Source: Paragordius varius
Lineage: Eukaryota > Animalia > Nematomorpha
Length of the DNA stretch: 64,000 bases
Direction of reading: 5' to 3'
NCBI GenBank assembly: GCA_964247055.1
Contig: OZ176055.1
Span: 4,526,001-4,590,000 of the forward strand
Made by a program: the position numbers and the translations under genes. Positions within the stretch are counted from its first letter, which is position 1. Every line of letters starts with the position of its first letter. The notes below the pieces were generated by a model. The model made no database searches. It saw only the letters and a list, made by a program, of their open reading frames with translations, and had not been told where the DNA came from. Of the stretch, positions 25,024-39,221 are shown in pieces.

Positions 25024-27630
25024 TGTATATATATATATATATTACATAAACATTTTTTAACGATATAAATTATTTCCAACTCATATATTTTTATTAAGTG
25101 CCTCTTTCGATTATCCCAAAACCACAATTCCTAATATAGAAGCTAGACCAGACAAATCGCTAAATTGTACCGATTTTTATATTTGTGATATAAAATATTT
25201 TTTTGGAATTTAGTAGATGTTTATTTAAAAAGTTTATTTAAAATTTTAAAACCATAAAAAATAAAATTGTTTCTTTTAAATTTTTTCATCAGTCCACAAA
25301 ATATCTATAAATATATTTGTTTAACAACCAACATAACAACTGTAATGTTAGAAACAAAGAATTGTATTTTTCCTATCAATTTAACTTCTTCACAAAGTTA
25401 ACTAAAAATAATATTGGTTTATAAATCATAAATTTTTATGTTTATTGTGTTTTTATATGTATTTCATAATGTTTATCGTCTATTCAATACACTTGAATAA
25501 ATCGGATATTTGGCATCCAGTTTCACATTATTGAAAAGAATAACAATCCTCAAAAAAATTGGAAGAAATTTAAATATTCATTTTGTTTTGCGAGTTTGAA
25601 TTTTTTATCCATCTTTAACTTTTTTAAATTCGTGAGAAGGTATTTAAATATTTCATATTAATATTATAACATTTGAATCTATTTAAATACCAAGTAATCG
25701 ATAATTTTGTTTATTTTTTCACAATTAATTATTATATTTTAATGCTAAAAAAATCTGATAGAGTCAAATTTTGAATTTAATAATACGCCAAAAATAGACT
25801 TTTTTAACGCCCTTTTGCCTCCTTTTTTCGCAAAATAAACCTGACCTTTTTTGTGCAAGATTATTTTTTAATAATTAAAATAAAACTAACTGTTCAGTAT
25901 TGTTCGGTATTTTTTATATTTTTATGCCAATAGTTTAAAATTTTTAAGATGACATAGTTTATGTTAAATATTTTACTATTTTAGCCTCAAATTATAATAT
26001 TAGACCGGATATTAATTAAATTGTAAATAAGATAAATGTTTTTTATAATTTGGACATTTTTGCATTATTGATTACATATTATGTCTATATGGGCCAACTT
26101 TTTACAAAAAAATTGAGAATCGGTTATTAGAATTCTATTCATTGACAACGTTATGATGTAGGAAGCGCAATTACAAATAAAAACATTTGAGTTTAATTTA
26201 GTTAATAATTTCAAGGCAAATGTATAAACAACAAATGATTCATTCGCAATATAAAAAGTTGGAATATTTAACATTATCAATATAAATCAATAGATAGATG
26301 TGTGATTATGAATATTTAATATGAACTTTGATGTTAAATTCATTTTACGTGTATACGAAAATATGTCATTAATCAAATATTATAATACTATTTCCGTCAA
26401 AAAAGTAAAGCGAACAAAAATAATGATGGGACCAATCTCATTACCCAATATTTTGAATAATTATGCATGTAACAACATGCATTTTAGTTATAAAACCGGG
26501 TTTAGCTGGTTCAAAAAAGTTTTTTTTACATTTTTTTATGTTTCATTTTATTTTTATTTTTTAAAAAACTCCTAACATTTTGCCAATTCATACAGGTTAG
26601 TGATATACTTTATAGCATATATTTGTAAAAAAGGAGAAACAAAATTTTTATCTTATAGCCATAAAAGTATATTGATTTCACAAAATATAAAATACTTAAC
26701 TCTATTAACATTAATCTGTTATTATTTATATTTTGTTGGATATTATTAATCTTAATTTTGCATGAGTTAGTTCTGGTTTTGTATATTGACCATAATGCCC
26801 CGAAAAGAACAAGTGAAAAATGCTAAAAACTAATTCGTGCTGGCTTATAGGTTTAATCTAAATAAATAATTTTAAAATTGTCCAGCCGGCATAAAAAGCT
26901 ATTAATATATTATTGAAACTATCGAACCGAATTGCATTCAGAGACGGTACTGGTTATTATTTTTGAGCTGTCCAAAACCAACTATGTAACATACATTAAA
27001 ATAAATAAAAAATATATCGTGCCAATTAAGTATTGTAGCGATGGCCAATATCGTTCTTCAAATCAGAGTAAACTCTTGGAAATCAATTAAAAGACTTTTT
27101 AGCGGAAGAAAAATCAAATTAATTATAATTTTCAAAAAAACTAAAACAATTAAAATGAAATAAAAATTAAAAAAATTTATCTTGTTTATGTGTTATTTTG
27201 CAAGACCAGGCAAATTTTATTATTGTTTCATGTTTATATTATTTTATTGTGCCTACTATATACTGCCTATTACGCAAATATTGTAAATTTATTACAGTAG
27301 TGTATGTTAAAAACAACAAATGATTATGATTAAATAATTTTATTTCTATTATCTAACATTAATTTTGTTTATATAAAGACAAACTTGGTTTTTTACCACA
27401 CGCTACTGTATTATTGTATAGTTTGTGTTAAAGGCTATTTAGCTTTTAGTTTTATTTCTTTCTGCATAAAAATATTAACACACGCACATTTATTTACACC
27501 ATTCGTTTTATTAATTAACCCCTAACGAAAAAAACTCATCATTTTTTCTATCTATTTTGTAATCTATCAATTTTATCCTATGAAATAATATTTCAATATC
27601 AATATAGCCCCGAAAAAATAGACATTCAAA

Positions 27631-30407
27631 ATGAGCAACCAATGTGCCCGATGTGAAAAAACTGTGTATCCCATGGAGGAGATTAGAGCTCTAGACAAGG
27701 TTTTCATGAATATCTTATAATTATTTTTTTAGGAATATATTTTCAGAAATTTCCATAATAATATAATGTAAGTTAAACAGTGTCTCTTTTCCCCGCTTTC
27801 AATAACACCTTTTTATGAAAAAATTGGCTGGCGTGTTAAATATTTAATCCTAACATCTACCTTGACCCAAATTTTTGAATGGTCAAATTATACATTTTTA
27901 ACCAATTTTTTTCGGGATTACCTCTTTAAATAAGACATTTAGAAAACAAATTATTACTGTATTGTAAAACAGAAGAAGTATAGTGGTGCTTTTCTGGGTT
28001 TTAGGAATGTATTTTTTGATTTTGGACAAGAGTTTTAATTTTAGATGAAAATTGATTAATAACCCGTATATAAATTAATAAATTATGAGTATTGGCAGAT
28101 GTTAGTCGAAAGATGGATATGTTTTATGATGACTTTATTAATAGAAAATAAAATCTGTTTTTTTCCTATCGCCATATGTCAAATCCAATCACGTGGTAGG
28201 GCGACTAAATTTAATTTTTAGTTTAATAAGCTAATGGGTTTAGGTAAATTGGACTTTTAATATGACATATTAAGCAACACTTTTTTGATAAATTATATAC
28301 TAATCTATGAAAAGTGTTTAAGCCCCATCACTATTTTTTTGATTTAAACTTATAATTTTATTAATAAGGACTAATTTCAATAATAAGTGTCCAAATTACG
28401 ACATAAACTCAACGGTATAATATATCATTTACAATAATGAAAGTTTTAATAAATACAACACTTTTAAAAAAAATAGTTATAATAATTTAAACATTCTCAA
28501 CATTTTTTGCCAAATATAATAATTGTCATCAAACCAATTTATCATTCATTATATGCATATTACAATAAGTTTAAAATTTGGATAGCCTTAAATGAAAAAT
28601 TGTGTCATTGTCTTAATTGTAACTAAAACAGTCTTTTTGCGAGCTAAGTATTAATTCCAATATGTAATTCAATATTTCAAATATAAATTATGTTAAACAA
28701 TTTCAATAGGTGTATCATAAGGGATGTTTTCGATGCACAGAATGCGGAAATTTATTGAACCTCAAAAACTACAAAGGCTACGGCAAACTGCCATATTGTC
28801 CAACGTATATTTTAATACATCATTTAAATTTCCGTCAAAGCCAAATCACCAATTATATATATAATTATTTTTTTAAACATCATTAGACATTATCCCAAAG
28901 ACAAGTTTTCATCGGTTATGGACCCAACAACCGTAACAGCCTTACAGAATACGAAAATGCAAAGCACTGTATAAATTAACATAATTTAACATATAATTTT
29001 CAGAAAGATGTGGACCATATTAATAACTTTTTTCATAATTTATGATGGCATTAAAATAGCTCTGTGTTAAAATAGTTTTTTCATTGATTTTGTCAGTGGA
29101 TTTTGTTTTTTATTACGAGGTTTCGCAAAATATTATTTTTACGGACAAAATTTTAAGAAAAAATAATTACTTTTATGTACAATTAAATGGTATAGTAAGT
29201 ATAAACACTGATGATACATATATCCCTTTGAAATATTATACGACTCCGATAGTTTTTCCCATTATGTCTTTATCCCCAATAATGCTTAAGAATTTAACCT
29301 TCATACAATTTTGGGCTCAAAATGTCCATCATCGCATTTAGTTTTCTATCGGTGCAAACGGAAATTAAACACTGTGATAAGTGGTATCTTTGCATAACTT
29401 ATTTTTAGGATTCAATAAAACGGCCAACATAACATGTCATGATTAAAAATATTATAATATATATTTTTATTATTTCATTTCAAATAGCTTTGATTTTAAA
29501 GTAGCCAGGCATCCAAGCAAAATTGTATTTAATAAATAACAAACATTGTTCATAAATTACCAATTTTGTCATAAGGGTTTTGATAATGTATAATTATGGA
29601 CAATTAGTTGATATTTAAAAATTTTAATTAAATTATTTCCATCTCAGATACCAAACAAGTCAATCATATATTTTCATTAAAATAACAAGTTGTCAATGCA
29701 AAAATTATACACTCTTATATAGTCAATGATAAATTTAAAATAACCTGAAAAACCTTATTAAAACTGTCATGTGATTTATAATGCTTTATTTATCTTAATA
29801 AAAATTTCATTTTTGCATTTTTAGCTCCCTTTATAATCCATAATATAATGTTATTAAAGTTAATTAACATATTTTTAGGTAATTTCATTCACAAACAAAT
29901 ATAATATTTGATAAATTCTTGAAAACAGCTTAATTAAACCATTATTTCTTTGATGCAAGTGACTGACCACCAATCAATATTAAAACCTAATGGTTTTCTT
30001 CTTTTCCTTAAAATAATGTTGAACTCAAAATATGGCACACTCTATCAATCATATAAATTATAATTAGTCGAATACGAAATTTATTCATTTCCTTTATGTA
30101 AATTTATTTTATTATATATGCAATTATATTTCAGCTAAAATTATATAAATTTATTATGATATTTCGATTACTACAAGTAATCTTTGTCAAACGTAAAAAA
30201 TAAAATTAAAATATAAACTAAAATTTAAATTATAAAGTAAAAATTTATTTAAACCTTTTTATGATTTTTCACATTTTGATTCTGACACAACAGGTAAACT
30301 ACCATGCGGGATATGAAAGACAAAAAGGAACTGGGGCCGGCGGTGTCCCTCATCACGGCGCTGCTGGAGAAGGAGGCGCGGCCCCAGAAACAGCTGCCGC
30401 TGAATAA
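27631..30407 (+). CDS. LASP-like LIM + single nebulin-repeat protein, no SH3 seen (about 119 aa); absent from the ORF track
   Basis: Exons 27631-27699, 28710-28804, 28887-28968, 30294-30407. Reads [23 protein letters not shown]|[32 protein letters not shown]|[12 protein letters not shown]...MQST|[12 protein letters not shown]..., colinear with the LASP1 N-terminus (CARCGKIVYP..., LNMKNYKGY, HYPK). Confidence 0.88.
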
Positions 30408-32399
30408 AGGTTCCCTATTCCTCATTCATTCAACAGTCAAAACAACTAACTCATTTTCATGATGCTTCTCCACAGATCAAAAAACAATTTTCTATTTCAT
30501 TTCATTTTCATTTTTGCCAACTATTAAATAATGTATCTTATAAAAAATTATGATATTATCACATAATACTTTTTTTGGTTTAAAACTCTATCTAGATTTT
30601 TAAATTATTTTATGGAAAGCGAGAGACATGAGCCATGTCAAACATCATATTTTATCAATCGAGAATGTGATATAATACAACAAATTTATGGTTCTTTCAA
30701 TATTGTATAAATATTAACCAAAGATTGATTTAGCTTATTTTTTTTCCGTTACAATTAATATAAATTTGTCTTGGCAATTAACATTGAATCTTTGCAAATT
30801 GATTATAATTATTTATATGCAATCTGTACATCTTTGAGTCATAATTTAACAAATATTTTTTATTTTATAATTATTAAATATCTTATTTATTGTGAAATCA
30901 TTCATAATTTGTATAATAATCATCAAAAACTTATCCAACTAAAAATAAAAATACAAAAATTGGATCTATCTATCTTCTTCATGATGTAAAAAATATAAAA
31001 TAAAATTTATGAGATGCAACAATATAAATTATTTATAACAATTCGAATCTTTTTTGATATCAAATTTTTTTCTTGACCTTGAATGTAATATATAAATATA
31101 TGTTATTGGAAATCGATTAATGTGGAAAAATGAATCAAAAATTTAAGCGTCCACACATCCCTAATTTTAATTAAAGATTGTTTATACCCTGGCTGTTATT
31201 TTGTTTGCCGATATTTTTACAACGATTCTAACAAAAATATGTTTTACAAATAATTAGTAATTTTAAAATTTCGAATAAACACTAAATATTTGGTATTTAT
31301 TTATTTATTGGATCTGAAAATTACAATAGACAATAATGCATGGCTTGAAAAAAAAATTTATTTAACTTTGACGCAAATTACCTTTTTAGTATGACATTAT
31401 GGCATAAATTATTAGTCCGTCACTTTGTGAGGTAGTTTTGTGATGCCATTCAATTATCTCAAAAATAACTATGATATTGGTTAAAAATATGGCAGATGAT
31501 CTCGTAGTCGCATAAGTGTAAAACTTTAAAAAGGCCTTATTTCAAACATTTATATCTTTTTGGTAAATTCACAAATAAAATTGCAAAAATTTTTTTTAAC
31601 ATTTAAACGATCTTTACGCAGTAATGGATTATGTTTAGAGTATTTTGGTTGATTACACAGTGAAGTTGATCGTTGGGTAAAAAGTATCCTGATGAAATAT
31701 AAATAAGGGCCTTAATGTCATTAAGAAAATATATACACTTTTAAATACTGCTAAATTTTAACATCATAAAAAGCTTTTTCCGAAAAAATGGAAATTTTGC
31801 TTAAAAATTGGATTTATAGAAAAAATTTATCGAAACCTACTCTTAATATCATGATGAAATAGGTATAAAGAGGCTTTAAGATATTATAACACTTTTTCTA
31901 TAAAATTCGATAATGCTGAACATTTCTATCACCTAAATATTCATCTAACAATTGGTTCGTCTTAAAATCTTTATTTACAATCCAAATATAAAAAAGCAAA
32001 CAAACCATTAAATTAAAATTCTGAAGTGTTCAAAATGTTCATCATCAAATATGGGAGTGATATCTTTGAGCGTTGGTACATTTCCCTCATTACTCAAAAT
32101 AGAATTAAGGCTTCAACAAAATTTTGCTATATATTAGAACTTTTATAAATGGCAAAATTATGCATATATGTTTTTATCAGGCCATCTCTGCTATATTACG
32201 TTTATTAGACTAGATGATAAGGACAAAAAGTTTGGAACTTTTTTGAAAAAGCTTTGACCAAAATTTTAATTAACAAAGTATGAGCAAATTTTGACATGCT
32301 TTTATAGTGCGGTTACTACAAGAATCATTTTTAAATGACTCGTAAGGGCCAAAACAAAAAGTACCATGATATATATTTTCCCATGAGAATATGTATACA

Positions 32400-33380
32400 T
32401 AAGGTAACCAGATTTTTTGAAGGAAAAAGCGGGACAAATCTGAAAAGGGGGGGGGGTCATTGGGGGGATACAACCAAAAATTTTTATACAAAAAAATTAT
32501 TGTAATATTTATTTATTTTTAACACAAATACATTATAAATATAAAAAAATTTGTACCTCACAAGTTGTTTGTACCTTATTCAATAAATTTACATGTGCAC
32601 GAACAAAGGGTGAAGTAATTGTAATATTCTAGAAAAAAATAATAAAGACGAAATCATCACACATGGCGCTGGGTGATGCAAGAAGCGGCACGAAAAATAT
32701 TTTTAACAATTTAGCGAATAATCTTAATCAAAACATTATTGGCAGATACACAACGTTATTTAAACAGCTACTGATTTGTTACCCCTGGATGTGGAAAATA
32801 TAGATGTTAAAATGCTTGGATATTGTAGAACTGTTGGTAAGCTCTTTTGCCAGCCATTGAAATATTTATAAAAATGTGATCTCCCAGAATCCTATTTTTT
32901 ATCACAGGACAAAGGTCAAAATTCCAAGTCATAAAAGGTTAGAAAATAATTTTATACCATTACCTAATCGCAATATTATAAAGCATCCAGAAAAACAAGG
33001 CTCAATGAATATCCAGAATATAAAAATGTTTTATACAAACAGAAACGATAATTTGAAAGACAAGACGGTGCACAATGACACTTTTTTATGAAGTCTCATT
33101 ATTAAATAAATATATTGAATGAAAACTTATATTATGGACAACAGAAAAAAATACGTAGGATAGAAATGGTTAAAATAATCATTTTTAAACAAATTATGTT
33201 CCATGCAATAATATTTTAATTGTAGAATTTGCATTATCTTTACCTGAACCACTGCTATTGAACGCGTTTTTCCACAGTAAGTTATAGGTAAGGACACGGA
33301 ATCAAATTCAAATGTTGAATAAAAGCCATTTTATGTGTTCAAATATAATTTGACAAATAGACTTATACAATATTTTAAGT
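32400..33380 (+). mobile_element. Internally deleted hAT (Blackjack-like) element
   Basis: Starts TAAGGTAACCAGA...AAAAGCGGGACA (Blackjack-type end). Carries scattered transposase pieces: KFTCARTKGE, RSGTKNIF..NLNQNIIG, AIERVFST, KYNLT. Confidence 0.7.
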
Positions 33381-33417
33381 AATTTTGTTTATTTTTCAAC
33401 ACAAATAAAGAAAATAT

Positions 33418-35261
33418 TTAATTGGTATATTTTTTGTTTGAGTGAATGCGTTTTAGCAGATTGTCATCATTTTTTAAAATATTGTAGAAGTCTTCACAAG
33501 AATTTGTCAAATTATATTTGACAGATAAAACGGCCTTTAAAGTTTCAACATTTAAATTTGATTTTTCCGATGTCCACACCTGATTTACTGTGGAAAAACG
33601 CGCTCAGTAGCAGCGTTGGTTCCAGGTAAAGAGTGCGAATTCCACAATTTTTAAAATATTAATGTATGTAATATAGTTGGCTTCAAAATGCTGAAATATT
33701 TCCAACTATTTCTTTTCTACTGTATATTTTTCTTTTGTCCATAATTTAAGTTTTTCATTATTAACATATCTTTTAACTAATGATACTTCAGAAAAAAAAA
33801 TCATTTTCTTACGGATTATTTGGGAGCATATATAATCAAATGATTTTTGAATATCGCACCAATTAAATTCTGATTTTAATGTTATCCAATGAAAATGATC
33901 AATTTCATTGAATTGCATCGTCCAGTCTTCCAAATAATCTTTACAGTTTGTATAAAACATTTTTATATGGTACAGGATATCTTGGTGATTTATTAAGCCT
34001 TGTTTTTCTAAATTATTTATTATATTGCGGATGGTTAATGGTATAAAATTATTTTCTAACCGTTCATTGGAATTTTAGGTTACTAACTTCATTGGCTACT
34101 TCGATTGCCGAAATTTTGTAACCTTCTATAAACTTATTAACATTTTGAAAGAAAGAAGCCTAATTATGTAAGAATTCTAACCATATTTTTAAAGAATCAC
34201 TTTCAAAAAACTTTTTTAAAGTTGTAGAACATTTGTCTTGTGATAAAAAAAGATTATAAAGGATCATACATTTTTTAAATTCTTTCGATAGCTGACATAA
34301 AAGCTAACCAACGAGTTTTACAATATCCAAACATTTTTTGATATTGAACTTCTGCATTTTCACAGAATTCTTTAAGCGTTTCAACGCGTACCGTGTATAT
34401 ATAAAAATAGGAATATATTTTAACAACTAAATTTTCCACATCTAGGGGTAACGAATCAGCAGCTGTTTGAATAGCGTTGTGTATTATATGCGCTGCACAC
34501 CCAACGCCAATAATGTTTTGATTAAGATTATCTGTTAATTTATGAAAAATATTTTTTGTTCCCCTCCTTGCTTTTCCACCAAAGTTCGTATTGGTGTTGT
34601 CAGCGCAATATGCGATAATTTTGTCTTTTAAATTATTTTTTTCTAGAATATGCATTATTGAAGTAAATATTATTTCGGAATTTTCACCGGGTAGGGAAAT
34701 TAAATCTAAAATTTTAATTTTTACTCCGGTTTCTGAATCAAAATATCTTATCAAAGTGGGAAATAATTTTGTTTCATGGTGATTTGATGCATCAGAGTAT
34801 AGGGATAAGGAATTAATTTTTAGCAAATCCTTTTGTATTTCAGAAAATGCATCGAAAGGACATTGCACACAATGGCTTCAGCCTTTGTGCGGGCACATGT
34901 AAATTTTATATGGAATAACGTGCGAATAACCTGGAGGTACAGTCCATATATCTAAAGGAATGATTGTGATTAACGGCGTAAAAAGATAACACGCCCTCAG
35001 CTAGTGCCAAATTCTTTTCTTCCTCTCCAAAAGCGGTTTTTCGAAAAAAATCGCTCATTTTGTAAGATGATGCCGCCATATCTAAACATTTTTTATGTTT
35101 CTATGTTTTTATATGCTTTGTAATATCATGCTTGCCGCCACGTGCTAGGGTGAGTTCCCCTCGCATATAAGACATTTAACAGATGATTTATTCTTCGTTT
35201 TTTTAAAAGGAAAATCTTTCATTAATTCATCGTTGAATTTAAAACCTCTTTTTGTGCTCAT
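33418..35261 (-). pseudogene. Near full-length hAT (Blackjack-like) transposase, disrupted by frameshifts and stops
   Basis: N-terminal Zn-finger KCLIC...GGKHDITKHIKT, then CARTKAEAIV, SDASNHHETKLFPTLIRYFD, ADNTNTNFGG, GCAAHIIHN, KTRWLA, and C-terminal dimerisation region VWTSEKSNLNVETLKAVLSVKYN. Confidence 0.88.
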
Positions 35262-35499
35262 ATATATAAACATTTAGTATAATAAATATTATATTACCTT
35301 AATTTTCTGGAATAAACGTGTAAGCTACCGATTTGTGGTATCCATTTGTCTTTTAAGCTACCGATTTGTGGTATTAATTTGGCTTTTTAATAATGTTGGC
35401 AAGTAATAAACCTAAAATATTAGTATAATAAATATTATATTACCTTTATAACATTACTGAACCGAAATATAATTGAAAAATTGTTAAAAAATACTTCGT

Positions 35500-35895
35500 A
35501 TTACCTATTCAGAGGCAAAACCCAAAGGTAAAAATATAGCCAACGTGACATGTGTGCATAAGCTAAATGTAAAAAAAATGCAAAATATACCACTTTCTCT
35601 GTTTATATCAATGTTAAATGTTATCATAATACAAAAGCAAACTTAATTTTAGGCTTAGAATCAAAAACACGATATTTTGCCAAAATGTTGTTAAATAAAA
35701 ATGGCGTATAAATAGTTTGATGGGGAAATTTTTCTCCAAAACTAAATTTTATTTAGATATTTTGGTTTATTTATATAATTTTTATTAGGATAGAAGCATA
35801 AATTCAAATTTAAATCGTTTCTTTCAGTAGTTTTTTAAAATCATCAATTTAAATATTGTCTAGGGTATTTAGATAACCGAATATAAATCGAAGTG
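35500..35895 (-). mobile_element. Partial inverted copy of the TTAA-flanked piggyBac-like MITE
   Basis: Ends AATCGAAGTG|TTAA, the reverse complement of the family left end. Internal homology to 36413-36964. Left boundary approximate. Confidence 0.55.
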
Positions 35896-36412
35896 TTAAA
35901 AATATTATCAGTAAGTCTTATTCAATCTATTTTATTATAAAAAAACAATTTGTACAAAAAATAGAGTTTTGAACGCTTTTTTAACTGATATTTGCATATA
36001 CAGTATCGGGGGAGGTATATAACAACCTTATAAAATATATAAATACTGATAAAAATATGTATCAGGATTATCGTGGGGCCTTTGGCCATTACGAGTGATT
36101 TATGCATACTTTGTTCAAAAAATAATTTTTAGCAAAATTTGGTTGAAGCTTACTTTGAACTATTTGGCAATATGGAAACAGGTTTACCATGCTTTATGTT
36201 AAAAAGATTTTTTATATGATATGAAGATGCTAACCATTTTTATTGTTTTTAAATTTTAATTTAAAGGTTTGTTTATTTTCAAATTTTCTTGAATATCTGT
36301 AAAAAACACAAATTTGACAGAAGTTTGAAGACGAACGAATATTTTAATAAATTTGGAGGTGATAAAAAATGTTTAACATCATCGAATTATATAGAAAAAT
36401 TAATTTTATTAA

Positions 36413-36964
36413 CACTTCGATTCAAATTGGGGTTAAAATTAAATTTTTTAAAAAAATACTGAAGGAAACGGTCCCAATTTAAATTTATGCTTCTATCCTG
36501 ATAAATATTATATAAATATGCCAAAATATCTTGATAAAATGAAAAAAAAGTTCCATCTCAAACTACTTCGACGCCATATTTATTTTACAAAAATTTTGCA
36601 AAATATTGTCTTCAGTAAATTTTAAGGGTAAAACTAAAGCTTATTTTTTATATAAATTACATCTAACATTGATAGAAATAGAAAAAGCGGTTTATTTTGT
36701 ATTATTTTTTAATTTTACAATTTGACACATGTCACGTTGACTAAATTTTTACCTTTCAGTTTTAGCTCAAAATAAGTAATATCAAGTATTTTTGAATAAA
36801 ATTTTTTATATGTTTCGGTTTATTAATGTTATATAAGTGCAAAATTTTGCCATGGTTTTGATTGCTTCCATACTTTTGAAAGTATTTGATTTTAAACAGG
36901 CCTGGGGTATTCAACTACCCCAATTTGAATCGAAGGACTAAAATGAGTGTGTTGTATCCAAGTG
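36413..36964 (+). mobile_element. piggyBac-like MITE (TTAA TSD)
   Basis: TTAA|CACTTCGATTCAA ... TTGTATCCAAGTG|TTAA, with an internal inverted copy of the left-end motif near the right end. Confidence 0.78.
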
Positions 36965-36969
36965 TTAAA

Positions 36970-37365
36970 GCGTTTACCGTTTCCATTATGGCTCAAAGTA
37001 ATATGAAGTACGCTTCAACAAAATTTTGCTAAAAATTAATAAAAAAATAATTATTAAAAATTAGAATATACATATAATATTTATTGCACCATCTCAGCAT
37101 TTTGGCCTGCTTTATAGTAGATATAGCCCATTTTAGAAGAGCGAAAAATTTCTGGATTTTCGAGGCCCAACTTAAAATTTTTTTAAATATAGTTTTGTTT
37201 TTATATGTTTATGATATATTATTTTTTGAAATGAAGTTAGCTTTTACCAAAAAAAATTTGGGAAAATTTGCCATTTTTAGATATGGAGCACTAGTGTACT
37301 TTTTAAATCATTCGAAAAGGCAAAACCAAAGGCACCATGATAACCTTGATACATTACTCTAACCA
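36970..37365 (+). repeat. Dispersed repeat family (further copies at about 54545-55070 and 55800-55970, inverted at 36000-36200, partial near 32060-32130)
   Basis: Shared blocks GCTTCAACAAAATTTTGCT and CAAAACCAAAGGCACCATGATA-like. Boundaries approximate. Confidence 0.55.
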
Positions 37366-37599
37366 AATATATATATATATATATATATATATCATCAGGA
37401 AATATTTGTGTATACACTGATTATATTTAATAATTAAAATTTTTATTTTTAATGTATGATAAAAAATAGTGTAGTTTATTTGGTTTTAGGTAATGTCCGT
37501 TATTGTTTTAAATTATTATTGGGAAAATCAAAAATACTTTTGAAAGTACATTTAAAATTTATAGGGGATTAATAGTCAAATTTGTTGTCTTACTTGATA

Positions 37600-37860
37600 C
37601 TTGATGGCGTTCTATCCTCATTTATGAAGTTGCCACTTACAATCTTATTCTCAAAGATCCTTATCTAAACATTTGGTAATGTCCAGGTTAAACATTTTTG
37701 TGTCATTTTTGATATTGTCGTTCCAAAAATATGTTGGGCGCCTTTCGCGTTTGTTTCCTAAGTGTTGTATGTTTTTAATGGTTTGGAGTGAGTGATCAGT
37801 TTGTTTTCTTTCAATGCAATCCAAAGTGTAATTAAAAAATTCGGCATAATGCAACCTTTA
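37600..37860 (-). mobile_element. RTE-type LINE 3' fragment
   Basis: GNKRERRPTYFWNDNIKND...DKDL resembles the RTE C-terminal G.R.RGRP...W.D.I..D motif. Confidence 0.55.
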
Positions 37861-38027
37861 ATTATGTTGACTTCAGATAACATGAAAATTAGGGTATTTT
37901 CTATCGCCATCAAAATGTAAAAAACGGCATCATTCATATATTTATATTATAATAAATATAGAATTCATAATAATTAAATTTCATATGGTCTAATATAAAA
38001 AATAATAAACATTTGTAAATTTCTTTT

Positions 38028-38982
38028 ATGCAAGCCCACACAAATTTGAAATGCCTAGTTTTGATACTCGATTGTAATGAATTCTTTTGGGCAGCGACCA
38101 TAGAAAAAGAAAACGAGATTACTCTTTTGAATATCTATATACAAACTATTATTGCATTTACTTATACTTATCTCATCCAGAACTCATTTAATCATTTAGC
38201 TGTGATTGCCATAGATTCAGTTAAATCTCAAATAATAATAAATTCCTTAGATGACATTGTGAACCAAACAAATCAATATTCCTTTTCATATTCAAATTCT
38301 AAATTTGTTAATAAATTTAAGCTTCGTTTTATTCAAACAATTAAATCTTTTATCAGTGACACAGGTGAAAACTTACACAATGTTGGTTCATTATTATCAA
38401 CGCCATTATTTCAAGCTTTATCAATTTTAAATAAATTATCTGTTAAAATGCAAAAATTTAGTAAGTCAAATTATAATATTAGGCTATCCTATCGATAAAC
38501 ATATTATATTTATAAAAATGGAAAATGAGATTGCACAGAATCAATATTTGAGCTTTATGAACGGAATATTTTCGGCACAAAAACTAAACGTACCATTAGA
38601 TGTATGTTTAATTAGCAACAAAGGTGATTTAGATCTTCTACGTCAAGCTAGCTTCATTACAAGTAAATATTTTTTAATTTTAGATGGATCATATCAAAAA
38701 TTTCCTTCGGATATGAATACGAATCAATTAAACATGAAATTTATTATTTCAAATCTTTACAATTATTTAATTTGGCTTTACCTACCAAAGCTATCTTCAA
38801 AATATAAGACGTGCTGGAATGTGGTGCAAAATGATAGCATTGATTTCAGAGCGGTTTGTTTTTGTCATCGAAACAAAAAACAACCGATTGATATTGGATT
38901 TGTTTGCTCGAATTGTCTTGCCATATTTTGTAATTATACGGATGATTGCTTTGTGTGCCATTCTCATTTAAATAAAATTTGA
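38028..38982 (+). CDS. GTF2H3: TFIIH subunit p34/Tfb4 (about 303 aa)
   Basis: Exons 38028-38460, 38483-38662, 38684-38982. Motifs LVLILDCN, NHLAVIA, YLSFMNGIFSAQK, LLRQASFITNGSY, DFRAVCFCH...IGFVCSNCLAIFC. A 22-nt intron joins the two ORF-track pieces in frame. Confidence 0.92.
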
Positions 38983-39221
38983 TATAATCTGTGTTTTACC
39001 AGCATCAATTAATATAATAAAAATCAATTATACCATTTGCACTTGAGTTCCTTTGAGCACTTTTTGGGCCTTGAACACTTTATTTAAATTGATCCTTGAA
39101 CATTTCACAAATTGATCCTTTCTTTTTTCTTTTATTTTTAACTTTTATCAATCATGTCATTCATCTATTTAATCATTTTTTAACCTAAATTCTTATTTAA
39201 CATAATTTCAAATCAAAAAGC

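Noticed and set aside
24864-37362. Many 60-100 aa ORF-track entries rich in F/I/K/N/Y
   Set aside because: No recognisable motifs; they fall in MITEs, introns or AT-rich spacer and are expected by chance.
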